From: Isurus oxyrinchus
Lineage: Eukaryota
Direction of reading: 5' to 3'
DNA length: 64,000 nucleotides
Assembly: GCA_026770705.1 (NCBI GenBank)
Contig: JANJGN010000116.1
Coordinates: forward strand, 558,001 to 622,000
Shown: one piece after another, positions 1 to 13,019 of the stretch
Position numbering within the stretch: position 1 is the first letter of the stretch
Layout: every line of letters starts with the position of its first letter
The notes under the pieces: model-generated
Databases searched by the model: none
What the model was told of the DNA's origin: nothing
The model's input: only the letters and a program-made list of their open reading frames with translations
Translations under genes and position numbers: made by a program

Positions 1-545
1 CAGCTTTCTCCCTCCGAGTCACCATGCCTACCTTTAATTCTCTCCATATTTTCCCCTCTCTCTTTCTCGCACCAGCCACTGCTCCCTTTGTCTTTCACTG
101 TCTATTGGATCATTACAACCCCGTTTTGTGTTAATGCTGACACACTGTTTGTCGCTTTACTTTTATTTTATGTTGCCTCTTTTTTCTTTTTTTTCTCTTT
201 TACACTTGCTCAAAATAATTCCTTCCCTCAGGTTCTAATTCTCTGTCCATCTGTCTCTGCATGGACCCCCTTCATCTCTGTCTCTCGCTCATACTTTTAT
301 CTCCCACTCTGTTTCTCACTCTCTCTATCTGTATTAATAACCCTTTCCCATTCCACTTGTCTCCCTTCAGTTATTGCCCTCACTTTTCCCTGCAGATCTC
401 CTCCACTTGTTCTCGCAACATTCCTATCTCTTCCATATTCCCTTTCCAACATTCTTCATCCCTCACTGCCCGCTCCAACATGCCTCATCTATCTGCATCT
501 GGCCCCGGAGGGTTTTCTTGCACTCTCTCTTTCTCTTTCACAACC
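1..545. repeat. Pyrimidine (CT)-rich low-complexity tract
   Basis: Dense TC/CTT runs; overlapping ORFs are S/L/F/P-rich artefacts. Confidence 0.55.
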
Positions 546-619
546 TTAAATTGGGTTCGAATCGTGACAATAGCATTGTTTTGAAACTCTCTATCCAACA
601 GGAAGGGGTCCACATGCAT

Positions 620-868
620 CATAAAGATCATCGTGAATTCCCCGCTATGGTAGCAATAAAACATTGCAGTTTCTTCCGTCAGCTGGAGACAACCCAACTT
701 CAATGAAATTGATCTAACTGAAATGCACTGAACTCTGGAAACATTGTTGAAAGTATGGACACACTTCAAGAGTATTCGTTCCTCATTAGGAGGCTGGAGA
801 AACACTTCCATACCGGGATTGAAATCTCTGCAGTTTTGACTTATGTTCTCAGCAAAACGTTGCTAAAC
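620..868 (-). pseudogene. Possible decayed Ig-superfamily V-type exon
   Basis: After a tttctcAG acceptor (869-870), one frame reads NC...VFLQPPNEERILL...SISLKLGCLQLTEETAMFYC, resembling the V-set L-x-I-x-x-L-x-x-E-D-x-A-x-Y-x-C motif. Cys-Cys spacing is 59 codons; the core Trp is missing and no RSS was found. Confidence 0.25.
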
Positions 869-1829
869 CTGAGAAAAATAAAACATTAAAACATCAGAAT
901 TATATTTCGCACTTTGGCGACACAACTCTGACTGTTTTATCTCCTAAGCATTATACATCACCCCCGGACCCTAACCTATTCTTGGCATTATGGTTTCCAT
1001 CCGTTGTGACGTTTTCACTGTAGATTTATCTAAACAATCAAACTGCTTGACCTCTATTGGGGCCCTCCGAATACGTGCCAAACTCCCTCCACCTCTCGAA
1101 CTATTTATGTTGATCTTCCCATATGACTTAATCCCATAATCTATTGGCAACTGCAACAACATTTCTGCCAGAGGTACTTTTGCTTCTCCTATTTTGTCAG
1201 GATGGTCCTGCATTTTCCATTGTACTGTGTTACACACTTTACACACTGCCACCACTCCTCTGCTGATGTCTTTCCAGGCCTCTACTGTTATATCGCCTGT
1301 ATACCCTACCTGAGAACCTTACTACCGTAACTGAATGCTTCCTCAACTGGGATTAATCGCCCAACCCATTATTGTAACTGCAGATACCCTTTCTGATTTT
1401 CCACTCAGGTACTTCATTCTCCCAGTCCATGACATTCACTGCTTGCCCAACATCGTGGACATTTAATCAATTTTTGCATTTTACAGTACCTTTCCCTGCT
1501 CGTCCAACTAATTTTGAATCCCTCCAGTTATTCTACCCTTCTGGATGGTTGGACATATGGGAATCGAATTTGGGCAGTTTGTTTTTAGACGAAATAGACC
1601 GTTGCTCTTCATCAAATCAGTATTTCTCTTGGCATCCAACCCCTGATATATTACATCTTGTTCCTCCTTAAACGGACGATTAGGGCGTATTAGGTTTCCA
1701 GAAAAGAGAATTTCCCCATATGGAGGTTCTGGGCAAAGGCTGAGATAGTTAATTAATATTTTGCATCTGTTTTAACCAAGGATGAAAATGCAGACCCAAC
1801 CACGGTGAAAGAGTTTCAGATTCAGTCAC

Positions 1830-2085
1830 TAGAAGGGGTTACAATTGATAAGGAGGAGTTCTTGGATAGGTTGTCTGCATTTAAAGTTGACAAGCATTCG
1901 TGAAAGGATGATTCCATGCAAGGCTACTGAGGGAATCGAGAGATTCTTTGCAGAAGACATACGTTTGCAGTCTTCTATAGATTCAGTTGTGGTGCCCGGC
2001 GACTGGGAAATTGAACACATTACACCCTTGCTCAAAGAAACGTACAAGGATAAGCCCAGCAACGACCGATCAATCAGGTCTCTTG
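1830..2085 (+). mobile_element. CR1 LINE ORF2 fragment
   Basis: KVDK...QSSIDSVVVPGDWEIEHITPLLKE..KDKPSNDR matches the CR1 pre-RT motif VPEDWRIANVTPLFKKG...NYRP. Confidence 0.7.
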
Positions 2086-3056
2086 GAAGCAGTTTTTGCT
2101 CAAGCCACTTAGCCACCTTCACCTCATAGTGCGGCCCATCCTTCCTTTTCATGTAACAATCCAATTCAGCCACCTGTCCCAACCATCCTCTGAGCGATGG
2201 TGGTCACTCTATGAGAATGTGATGATTACAAAAAAAGTCAACTTCTGTTCATCACATTTTGTTACTCAAGCTGGATAGCACGCAATTTGGTAGAGCTTGG
2301 ATTCCATGGCCCATAACATTCGAGTTCCAGAGCAGTGTAGACGGGCGAAGCAATAAAGATGCACTGCTAATTCGCCACCCTGGAGGTACCCAGGTGAGGG
2401 TTGCACAACAATTGCCTGGGAAGTTCAAATGTACTTTGGGCAATTTCCCTGCACTGGTAAACATCCAAAATTGCAATTTAAATTGGAAAATTCCCATTGT
2501 TCTAACTGTCTTCCCTCATTAGTTACCCAGAAAAAAATAATTATAACCATTTCTAACTTTTGGGTCACTATTGCAAAGGCCGACATGGAAACTTATGGGA
2601 CGCCCTCAACCCAAATACCAAACACACCCCCTCCCACCACACACACCCATACAAAACCGAGACCCTCTAGGGATTCTTGCCTATACAAACTACCCCATAA
2701 TCACAGAAGGCCACCCACACATCTGAGGCTGCACCCAACACTAAAAGCACCAACCCGAACCGGCCACCCCCAACTGCTTAAACCTTCGCCCTGACTGGCC
2801 AAAGCGCCGACTACTCGACACTCCAAGAAACCCCCACTCCGACTGGCTGACCTATTCCAACTACGCCACCGTCTCGCCCAAAGTGTGCGGCGACATTATG
2901 ACTGTCCTAATCCCCCCCACCCCCGCACCACTGAGTGTCCGATCCCCTGACGACCCGACCCTTCAACTCAACTGCCGGATCATTACCCCCGATTGCGTGT
3001 ACAGCCCCTAAAAGAACTGCCCTTCCCTCCTACCGGCTGCCCAAACCTCCCCCCAC

Positions 3057-3110
3057 GGACTCACAGACCACGTCCCGAGAACCGGACTCGCAGACCACGT
3101 CCCGAGAACC
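3057..3110 (+). repeat. 27-bp direct tandem duplication (2 copies)
   Basis: ggactcacagaccacgtcccgagaacc followed by ggactcgcagaccacgtcccgagaacc, one mismatch. Confidence 0.9.
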
Positions 3111-4539
3111 CTACCCCAACCCCCACCAGCAAATTCTGTACCGAGCAAACCTCCCATCCTCCTGGCTTGAAAGTGGCTGGACCTTTAAACTTACCTGACT
3201 TAAGGAAGCCAGTGCCATAAAAACGACCACGTGGCCTCCTGGTGTCCGCCCCTGACCTGGTGTACGACAGCAACAGGGAGTGCGCTCGGATGTCAAGGTT
3301 AGAAAGTACCTGTGGAGCGGCAATCTGATTCTGATCGCCATTCTGCGGAAACTTAGTCGCAATCTGGATGTTCATCTTTTGAACGTCGGGTGGCATACTA
3401 CATTAAAAATGTGATAATGAAATGGAGCACTTATATATTGTATTTCAATGTATCCCATTCACAGGTAAATGCAAAACACAATTGTTAGCGTGAGGACTTC
3501 AGTAAGTTTTGTGACAGTGAAATGAGGCAACATAAGTTTATAGTCCCCATTTCATGTTTTTGAGCACACCGTTAAAAATATTACAGATTAGAGCGACAAT
3601 GAATGTTAGTTGTTTAGGAATTCAATTGAGTTGCAGTTTTGGACTCTTTGTTTTAGGGAGTTTTCTTTCAAATTCAGATACTCTACACACAAGACCATTT
3701 GTTTACATTTTCCCACATCCCCCAATTGGCAGTCAACACAAATCTTATTTGCAAAATTTTATACAATTTAAAGTTCAAGTTCATTTTAGGAATATTTAAT
3801 TTACTATCCTTGATCATCTATGATGGATTTATCCTTCTTTCCTTGCAGTAAAAGGAACGTATGTTGGTGTTTTCGCTGGCAACACGTCACTTTTGCACAC
3901 AGACTCTTATCCCAATACAGACCTTCGACACTTCCAGGCTCTGGAAGGGATTGGAATTTAAAACAAAATCTCTTGGTGAATGTCCCAGTGCATCAGATAG
4001 TGACTAATATATTAAATCGATTATTCTCACCGCTCATTACCAGCAAGGAGATAGCGGTTGTGTTCTTTTCTTGTTTTTTTTTTCCAAAGGAATGTTCTGA
4101 AATAGCCGTTACAACTACACATCCATATAACTTTAATAGATTGTGCCTAGTCTATTTTGACGAGTCCTGCCAAGGGGATTTATGTTAAGCAAGGAAAAAA
4201 AGGATAAGAACAAACAGCTTCTATAAGTTATAAAAGTTCCTTAAATAACTCCCACACATTAAGAATATTTGAAGCAACTTAGAATTGATGGACTGCGAAT
4301 CCTAGTTTAATAAACAGAAGCAAACTAAATCTGGAGATCAATGACAGCGGGCAAAATATATGTAACATCTGAATGACTGGTAAGCATTGGGTAAGGCCCG
4401 GTAAGTATTTATTACTTTTCTGGCTTATAGATGAAGATGTCTTTGTGATTTATAGCTTGTATATTCTATAGTAACGAGGAACAGGAAAGAAGGGCCCTAG
4501 AGTAATTGATTTAAAAGGTTTAATTTAAAATGATAAGTC

Positions 4540-7500
4540 ATCGTAGGAGAGCTCGAACCCATGGTGTGCTCCAAGTGCTTCACGTAGGAAGCCGGTAACA
4601 TTTGCAGTGGCCGGCATCAGCATGTGTTTAGGAAGTGTGCCCTACTGCAGCTCCAGGAAGCTCTGCTTTTAGAGCTAGAACAGCGGCTGCGGACACTGTG
4701 AATCATCCGCGACTCTGAGAGCATCATGAGTAGTACGTTTAGAGAGGTGGTCACAGTGCAGCTGAGGGGTCCTGAGGAAGGAAGCGGATGGGTGACCACT
4801 AGGTAGTCCAAGAGAAACAGGCAGGTATTTCAGGATTCCCCTGGTGTCCCACTTGCAAATCGGTATTCTATTTTGGAGGCTGATGAGGGAGCTGGATCCT
4901 CAAGGGAGTGCAGACAGAGCAAAGCTTCTGGCACCACAAGCAGCCTCTCTGTATAGGAGGGGAGGAAGAGACGAAGGGCAAGATTAATAGGCGATTCTAT
5001 AGTGAGGGGAGCAGAGAGGCACTACTGTGGCCGTCAACGTGTCTCAAGGATTGTGTGTTGCCTCCCTGGTGCCAGGGTCCTAGATGTCATGGAACAGCTG
5101 CAGGGTATCCGGAAGGTGGACAATGATAAGGCAGAGGTTTTGGTACATGTTGGTACCAACAAAATAGCTAGAATGAGGAATGCAGGCTTGTATCGAGAAT
5201 TCAGGGAGTTAGGCATTAGATGCAAAAATAAGAACACCTGGGTTGTAACGTCTGCATTACTCCCAGTGCCCGTGCTAGGGAACACAGAGATTAGACAATA
5301 GCGCAGATGAGCACGTGGCTTAGAGTTGTGGTAGGGGATAGGGTTTTAGATCCCTGGATCACTGGGACCGCTTCTAGGGAAGATGGGACGTGTACAAGAG
5401 GGATTGTCTACATCTGAACCAGAGAGGGGCTAAAATACGTTCAGAGGGGTTTGTTTTAGCTTGTGGGAGGAGTTGAAACCAAGTCAGCAAGGCAAAGGAC
5501 AACGGAATGGGAGCACAATCGGGACACATCACAATTTATTAAAACAATCAAGTCAGAGGGAGTACAGCTGCATTAAGTTTCATGGGAGTAAGGCAAGGCT
5601 GCATGGCCTCTACCTGCAGTATTACAGGTAAAACGGATGTGCTAAGGGTAAGGATTGACACGTGAAATTGTGAGGGCAGGAATGGCCCCTCAACGTTCCA
5701 AGATATAGAATCTCTAGGCGTGACAGAGGATGGGTAAAAGAGAAGGATGCATTGCATTATTAGTTAAGGAGTCAGCTACTGCTTTAAGGAGAAATGACAT
5801 CTTGAAAGGGGCATCGAATGAAGATTTGTGGGTAGAGCTTAGTAGTACAATTAGGGGCAGCCACATGGCTAAGTTTTTAGTATAGACCCCTAGATAGTCA
5901 GTAGCAAATTAAGGAGAAAATATGTGCGCAAATTGTTTTGGTGTGTTAAAACAATAAGGATAAGGTAATTAATTTAGGTGATTTCAACTTTCCCAAAATT
6001 AATTGGGTTCGCTATCGTGTTAAGGGCTTGGATGGAGTGGATTTCTTGAACTGTGTACTGGAGAACCTTTTACATCAATGTGTAAAGTGTTCAACAAGAG
6101 ACGGCGCATTGGTGGACCTTATTCTGGGGAATGAAGACCGACATTTGGCTCGTGTGGTAATGAGGGAGTATTTTAGTGATAGCGACTACAACTTTGTAAA
6201 AGTTAAGCTTGTTATGGACAAACAAATAGGCAAGTTGAAAAAAAAAATGTTTTGGATTGTGGGAGCACGGATTTTAGTGAAATAAGGCTGCATCTGGCCA
6301 AGGTACGCTGGGAACAGTCACTTGTATATAAATCTACAGAGGAGCAATTGGGGGGGGGGGGGGTGGGTGGGGGGTGGCGTTCAAAAACGAAATAGGGAGG
6401 CTACAGACTCAACATGTTCCCTCTAGGGGGATAGGACGGAGCAACAAGCCCAGAGAACCATGGATGATCAGAGCTATTCAGGAGATTATGAGATGGAAAA
6501 TAGAGGCTTTTAGCAGGTGCAAGGGGAGCATATAAGTGGAGGTATTTTTATAGTACAGAAAGTGCAGTGTGGAGATTAATATGCAATTTGGAGAGCAAAG
6601 TGAGGATTTGAGAAAGCACTGACTGGCAAAAGTAGGGGAAATCGCAAGATAGTTTATACGCATATTAATGCGAAGAGGATAACCAGGGAAAGAGTAGGGC
6701 CCATTTGGGACCTAGAGGCCAAGTTATGGGTGAAGCCAGAGGGTATTGGTAGAGTGTTGAACGAATGTTATCAGGCTTAAAATTGAACAGACCTCCCTTC
6801 TCTTCCCTGCTCTCTCTCCTCCTTTGCTGAACTTTCCCTCTGGGGTTCAAGTTATCGCATTTCCGTTTCATTTTGAATTACTTTTTCATGTTTATTTTTG
6901 CCTCCAAATCAAGTCGGTTCATAAAAAAGGCATATGGGGCACTTGCTTTTATCAAACGAGGCATAGATTGCAAAAGTAGAGAGGTCATGCTGGAGTTGTT
7001 TAGAACATTGGTGAGGCCACAGCTGGAGTACTGTGTGCAGCTCTGGTCGCCACATTATGGGTTGGATTTGATTGCACTGGAGGGGGTGCAAAGGAGATTC
7101 ATCAGGATGTATTCAGGGATGAAACAATTAACTTACGAGGGGAGATTGGATAACCTTGGGCTGTTTTTGTTGGAGCAGAGAGGTGACCTGATCAAGGTGT
7201 ACAACATTATGAATGTCATGGAGAGAGTGAATAGGGAGCAGCTGTTCCACTTAGTGAAGAGTCAGTTAAGGGGCAAGGTTGAAGATGACAGACACGGGTT
7301 TTTCTGTGGATGTGAGGAAAAATGATTTTACCCACAGGGTGGTGATGGTCTGGAATGAACTGCTTGAGAGGGTGGTGGAGGCGGTTTGCCTCATATCCTT
7401 TAAAAAGAACCTGGATGAGCACTTGGCATGTCATAACATTAAAGGTTCTAGGCCAGGTGCTTGTAAATGGCATTAGGTAGGTAGGTCAGGTATTTCACAC

Positions 7501-7570
7501 TTGTCGGTACAGACACTTTCGGCTGAAGGTCCTGTTCTGCAATGTGTGATCCTGTAATACTGCGATTCCA
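4540..7570 (+). mobile_element. CR1 LINE, decayed, RT core deleted
   Basis: ORF1 Zn-finger/coiled coil (~4560-4800); SGNH esterase IGDSIVRG...CCLPGARV...VHVGTN (~4985-5300); APE endonuclease (GDFNFP, LVDLILGN, SDYN); jump at ~6780-6905; RT C-terminus LVRPQLEYCVQLWSPH...RGDLIKVY; 3' UTR. Confidence 0.9.
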
Positions 7571-8010
7571 TGTATTCCTTTCGGCTTATTTGAACTCCCG
7601 AACTGCATCACATCTCTTTTCCTCCTGGCTCAATTCCATTTGGCCCTTTTCCTCCCAGCAATTGATTCGTTTCTGCCATCTACAGTTATCCTCCTCATGA
7701 TAAAATACAGCCATTTTTCATCTTGCCTGAAAACTTCCTGATTGTTCCTATGTGTATGTCGAAATAGTTAATAAGTACCACGAAATACATGGCTAATCAC
7801 AAATGTGGATTGTTTTCAGAAGAGAAACCCCATTGGTACTAATTGACCTCCCTAATACCGTTAAGGCTGATGTTTTCAGGATTCCAGCTGGTTCTTTGGC
7901 GCGCTTTTAAAAGTAAGTTCTCCATTCACTCTGTCATGCAGCCCGATACCAGATGCGCAAATTCCAATATTGTTTGCAGCAAAACCGTGCAATACAATTG
8001 AAAGCTTCCC

Positions 8011-8064
8011 ATTATGACTGTTATGATTGTGATTATGATTATGATTATGACATTATGATTGATT
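8011..8064. repeat. (GATTAT)n-like microsatellite
   Basis: attatgactgttatgattgtgattatgattatgattatgacattatgattgatt. Confidence 0.8.
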
Positions 8065-9002
8065 GGTGACACGTAATCCCCTTGGCTCAGAAACCATTGT
8101 CTCCCCCTTCAAATTCCAACCAATCTCGGACACTTAGTTACGAAGAACAGAGCGGAAGGCAAACGCTTTGCAAAATAAGAATGAGCTCCCCCCACAACGT
8201 TGCCCTGCGGCTTGTGAAGTGGTGCTGCTGTATGACCGTTACTCAGAATGATACATCACTCACAACGGCAGTTATCTTATTATTTACCACTTTCCCAAAT
8301 TGCATTTAACGCTTTACATAATTGATTGAGCGCCAAGTGGAAATATATTCCAGTGCCTGCCCTGCAGCTCCCCCGAAATATAGTGCCAAATGTAAATTTT
8401 TCAGACACTCGCTAATTTCTTGTTGAAGCCCCAGTCGTGCATTTGCACTGTGAGCATCTTCCTTCTAATTAGCCATTAAACTCCATACACTTGAATTGCA
8501 AAATTCTTGAGATACGGCAACGTTCAACATTATTTTTCCTTCAATGTTTGAAGTGCTTATACTCTTTGAATTTAGCAAACTTCTGAAGGCAATTGTGAAG
8601 GAGCAACATACACTGTTCATGCGTGACATGCCCACATCCCGTGGAAGGAATAGAAAAGTAGAGGCTACCTGAGGTATCAGTCTACTGATGATGAGAAATT
8701 GTGCAGCGTAGGGTTTGCTTTCGACAGAATATCTTCAACATTGAGAAGTAGGAGAACACATTTGTTGCTGGACAGCTTTGAGAAGATCGGATCATTCAGC
8801 AGCTCAGGGAAAAACACACTCACAGCTCGCTGGTAACCTGAAGCTTTGCCTGGGAGATTTCAAACCTGTACACAATCAGTCAAGAAGGAAGAAACCTGAA
8901 TTCTCCACTCATTGCTCGACTGACTTTGAAAAGCAATTGATTCAACTGGCGGCCAATTTGCTCTTAAACATAAACAAAATAATGTGGATGACAGAAAGCT
9001 CA

Positions 9003-9130
9003 AAGAAAACAGAAAATGCTGTGAAAAAAAAAACGTCTTCAGGGTCATACGTACCCGAAAAGTTAACTCTGTCATTCTCTCCACAGATACTGTCAGACCT
9101 GCTGAGTTTTTTCTGGCAATGTCTGCTTTC
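9003..9130 (+). mobile_element. Penelope-like terminal fragment
   Basis: ...cccgaaaagttaactctg...ccacagatactgtcagacctgctgagttt resembles the Penelope terminus at 56460-56565 and the palindrome at 49546-49663. Confidence 0.6.
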
Positions 9131-9203
9131 GGCAAGTTAGCTCCGTTACTTAGAGGATGATGTTAATGACAGTAAGCTCGCGGGTTTAATCCCCCAATAA
9201 CCA
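9131..9203 (+). tRNA. tRNA-Ile(AAT) pseudogene
   Basis: GGCAAGTTAGCTCCGTTACTTAGAGGATGATGTTAATGACAGTAAGCTCGCGGGTTTAATCCCCCAATAACCA aligns to vertebrate tRNA-Ile-AAT. The anticodon is kept; the stems and B box are damaged. Confidence 0.7.
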
Positions 9204-9819
9204 AATTGACAAGGAAGAATATGGTCTTTTTACAGTTAAGTTGCAGACCTTCTACTATTAAATTATTTCAGGTTCAGTTATAGTTCCTTTACTGTCACAT
9301 CGGAAGAGGATTTCGAATAGAACCGTGTTGCCTTGCGACATCGCAGGTTTTGTCTTTCTTTTCATACTTCTTGCCTCTGCAAAATTTCTGCTTCTTGTTC
9401 TGGCAAGTCTCTTCGTCGTTTAACGCTCTGTGCAACAAATCTCAGTATCATGACAGGAGCCTTTTCCCCTGTACAGCGAAACACTTGCAGATCAGCAGTG
9501 ACATTGCTGTCAACTGTGCCAATGCCTGCCGTTGGGCTGCAATTCTGCAGACAAATTCACTCGTGCCAACTTGCAAGTGCCAGCGCCACCAATCACACTA
9601 GCCTACCATAAAATGATTGCAACTAAACTATCAACAGCCCTCTACACGATAAAATAACTGGCTTCCCATCAATTTCACGCAAAAAATGCATCTGTCACGA
9701 AAGCGTATCCATTTTAATATTTCTGACATATGTCGGAACAAATCTGAACAGATCTCCTACAAACTGTGCTATTTATCTGACTGTCACTATCACTGTTCTT
9801 ATTTACTTCTTTCATACAA

Positions 9820-10800
9820 CGAACCTATTTATAATCATGATTCTCGCCAGAAGAGAAATTACGGCCATTCCAATTGTCTTTCTGTCTCTCTGGTGTCTGG
9901 CAACAACAGATCTACAGGCCATGTTTTTCCTATAATGGAATATCAAATTTTCAGCAAATTCTTTCCACATGCATTTATCTCTAACACTGCCATCGTTATG
10001 ACACGACAAAATTTATAATTCAACAGCTACTACATCATTTTGCGCTGATGCATTCATTATAGGTTTGCCACTGTGACCACCTTACTTCTCATTCACAATT
10101 CAGTTCCAATTCCAAGCTTCAATTGCCACTGTCCCTGTCAGCGAGATGATGTCAGAATTTTAAAACAAAGAATATCACTGAGAAAACTGACACAGTGAAC
10201 ATAATAGTGGTCTCTGTGCTGAACTATTGAGGGAAATTGCCATTTTGGCTGCCTAAAAGCACAAATGTTCATTTATGAGGAACTGAACAAACTGCGAAAA
10301 CGGGTGATCAACATACTGTTCATTAATAATATTCACTAGGGTTCCTGCACTTGCGTGGATTTTTTTCATCGCCTTCTGGTGTCGCAAACTTTCGGTTTGG
10401 AGGTGTTTTACCTCCATTACTTCCTTTTTCGTATTATTATTTAATTGTTCGACAATCAGACACATTTTGACAGCTCTCAGAGCGCACAGGGAACTTTGGA
10501 ATCACAACAGTAAGAAATGGAATGACCCAGAAGCGGAAAACTGAATAACACCAATTATTTGCCTGTTCACTGAATCAAGAAGTTTTCTGATGTTATGGTT
10601 CACAGCGGCTGTCTATTCTGTAACTAACAACCTAGCTGTTCATTACCGGCCGGATTTTACATCCCTGCCAAACATCGCCTCTCAAACAGGTTTAATGTTA
10701 AATTGTTTGACTTCCTTTACAGATACTTGTGTTTATGCAGCTAGACAAGCTGTTAACATCCTTTCACACAGATAAACCTCCTCCATCTGAATTAAAGCAA
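9820..10800 (+). pseudogene. GPR139/GPR142-like GPCR pseudogene (exon 2 relic)
   Basis: Broken acceptor (catacAA) then NLFIIMILAR..NYGHSNCLSV..ATTDL; FKTK..VSVL..LPFW; INNIH*G; LLFNCSTIRHIL; DPEAEN; LWFTAAV..TDTCVYAARQ. Collinear with the intact gene at 54 kb, with many frameshifts and stops. Confidence 0.85.
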
Positions 10801-11585
10801 ACCGCGTTAATGCTCATCAGCTGGAAATCCTGCATTTCCTCCCAAACATTTCAGGTTCTTATTAAAATACGTTTCAATTAGTTTCCTGAGTTTATTGATT
10901 ACCTGTTTTTGCAGTTGTTTCAGTTTGCTGTAAATTAAAATGATGTAATTGATCTGGATTTTTTTTTTGTGTGTGTGTTTCCAAGCTTCTGGTTAATGGA
11001 TTTAATTTTATGCATTTGCAAGTCAGGGAGCTGATAATCATTTCAATCATGAAGGCTGTGAGCAGTGTTTGAATGCTTCCTCCGAACCGCATATACAAGA
11101 GACTTGCAGAAATAGCTTAACCTTTTGGTGACCACAACTGGACAAATGTAGCTTTGTTAGGTGTGGGTACAAAATATCAGGCATAATGTTACGTAAAAAA
11201 CATCGGACAATTGCCTGGAATCATTCATTCATCACCTTCACCTCATGATCCCACTTCTAATCTCCCAGCCCATGTGGAAATTAAATTCGTGAATTGCTGA
11301 ATCCTACTGTTTAGATGGAAGCCTGTCGGCCCAACGTGCCTGTGCATCCTCTTTGAAAGATCTGTCAATTATGTTCTAAAATCCAGCTTATAACCATCAG
11401 CATGCAAATTAGCTCTATTTAAATCCCGATTGAAACTGATTTCGCCATTCCTTGAGGTGGAAAAACAAAGTAGCATAAAAGCTGGTAAAATGAAAGAAAA
11501 CAAATTCCCAAAGCAAACATGCAACAGAAGTTTGCGATACCTCTTTGTGGGCAGTGAAAGCGCCGTGGGAAGCATATGAAATGCA

Positions 11586-11657
11586 GCCCGGGTACCTCAG
11601 TCGGTTGAGCATTGGACATTTAATCTGAGGGTCCATGGTTCCATCGCTGTCTGTGCG
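11586..11657 (+). tRNA. tRNA-Lys(TTT) pseudogene
   Basis: GCCCGGGTACCTCAGTCGGTTGAGCATTGGACATTTAATCTGAGGGTCCATGGTTCCATC... aligns to tRNA-Lys-TTT; a TTTTT tract follows. Confidence 0.8.
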
Positions 11658-12629
11658 CGTTCTTTTTGGCTCAAGGCAAACCCCCAGCAAAACAGCAACA
11701 GAACGAGCAATGGACGTTGAATTCTTCAAGGAGAACTGAAGAAATGGATGATCCTTTGCTTTACAGAAAAATATCCACCATCTCGTAATTATGGTAGCTT
11801 CGAACAATTGTATAATTGTTTCTGGATTTCCAGCTACTGTAAGTGTGAAAAGTGCCTCCTGATTTTTCCGTTGGTTTGTAAGATCGCTGTGGATCAGAGG
11901 CAAAATCATGTCAAGGTTTAACACCATTCTTACCGGAGGGAGAAACAGTTTCTTGGTATTTAACCTAATAATTCACGTTAACAGGTTAGAGACCTCGATC
12001 ATATCAACATTCATTCTTCGGTACGCGAGGGAAAGCAATAGCTTGCAAGCCCTGAATAGGAAGAAAATGTACAGAGTTGAGGGAGGAGGCGAAGGGTTGG
12101 CGCTAGGTGAATTTATCCTTCTGAAAGCCAACACAGGCAGGATGGGTCAAATCCTATGCTGGGCCCGTTCTATGATCATGTTCAATTTTTCAGTGGGTAG
12201 GTGATGAGATTGAGGTCACGATGGTATTCTTTCATCTAAAAATGGGTCACGACTCCAGGTTGACGTGACATTTATAATAGATTGACAGCTTTTACTATTA
12301 TTCGTTCTTGGATGTGAGCATCGCTGGTAAGGTCCTCATTTATTTGTGGAGCTTTCTTCTCCAGTTCTCTGTTCAACTCTCCACCACCGTTCACTACTGT
12401 ATGTGGAAGCTCTGCACAGCTTAAATCTGATCCTTTGATTTTGGGATCACTTCGAAAGCAATAGTCTGTGAGAACAGGAGACAATAGTTTTCATGGCACA
12501 AATGCCACGTGTTGTAATGGGAATGAGATAAACAGTGTTTGCAGAAGGCACTACTTGGGCCTCAGTTGGTATATCTCGTTTGACTCTGAATGATGTGACG
12601 ATGTCAATCATGTTGGAACAAGGGCAGAA

Positions 12630-12965
12630 AAGATTCACGACAATTGTCCTGGAATGAGGAACTTCAGTTCTGATGCTACATTGGAGAAGTTAGTACTGTT
12701 TTCCTGGGAGAAAACAAGGCTTAGAGGAGGTTTGAAAGAAGGATTGGAAATCACGAGGAGTCTGGTCAGAGTAGACTAGGAGAAAGTTCTTCCATTCGTG
12801 AAAGGATGAAGATTGCAAGAGTAGAGTTTTAAAGTAGTATGCTAAAAAATAGCAAAAGTGAAACGAGGAAAAAGTTTACTTCTGATACAAAAAGTGGTTT
12901 AGGCTTGGAATGCACTGCCTGAGTTTATGCTGCAGACAGGTTCAAGCGAAGCATTAAAAAGGGGA
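12630..12965 (+). mobile_element. CR1 LINE 3' fragment
   Basis: RFTTIVLGMRNFS..LEKLVLFS..RLRG, then tggaatgcactgcctgag (WNALP). Confidence 0.65.
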
Positions 12966-13019
12966 CTAGGGGGACTAGACGGCTACCAGTGGCCCTGGTT
13001 CCGAGTTTCCAAGTCAGCG

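Noticed and set aside
88-706. Overlapping 107-153 aa ORFs
   Set aside because: Products of CT-rich low-complexity sequence, with no domain.
3422-4188. Leader-like mini-exon (MEHLYIVFQCIPFT + GTAAAT) and acceptor at 3848
   Set aside because: The spliced frame stops after ~37 codons and shows no convincing domain.
8060-8190. Opposed CCAAT boxes resembling a histone H2A/H2B promoter
   Set aside because: No histone coding sequence on either side.
9333-9611. GLQF peptide reminiscent of histone H2A
   Set aside because: Only four residues match; the flanks do not.
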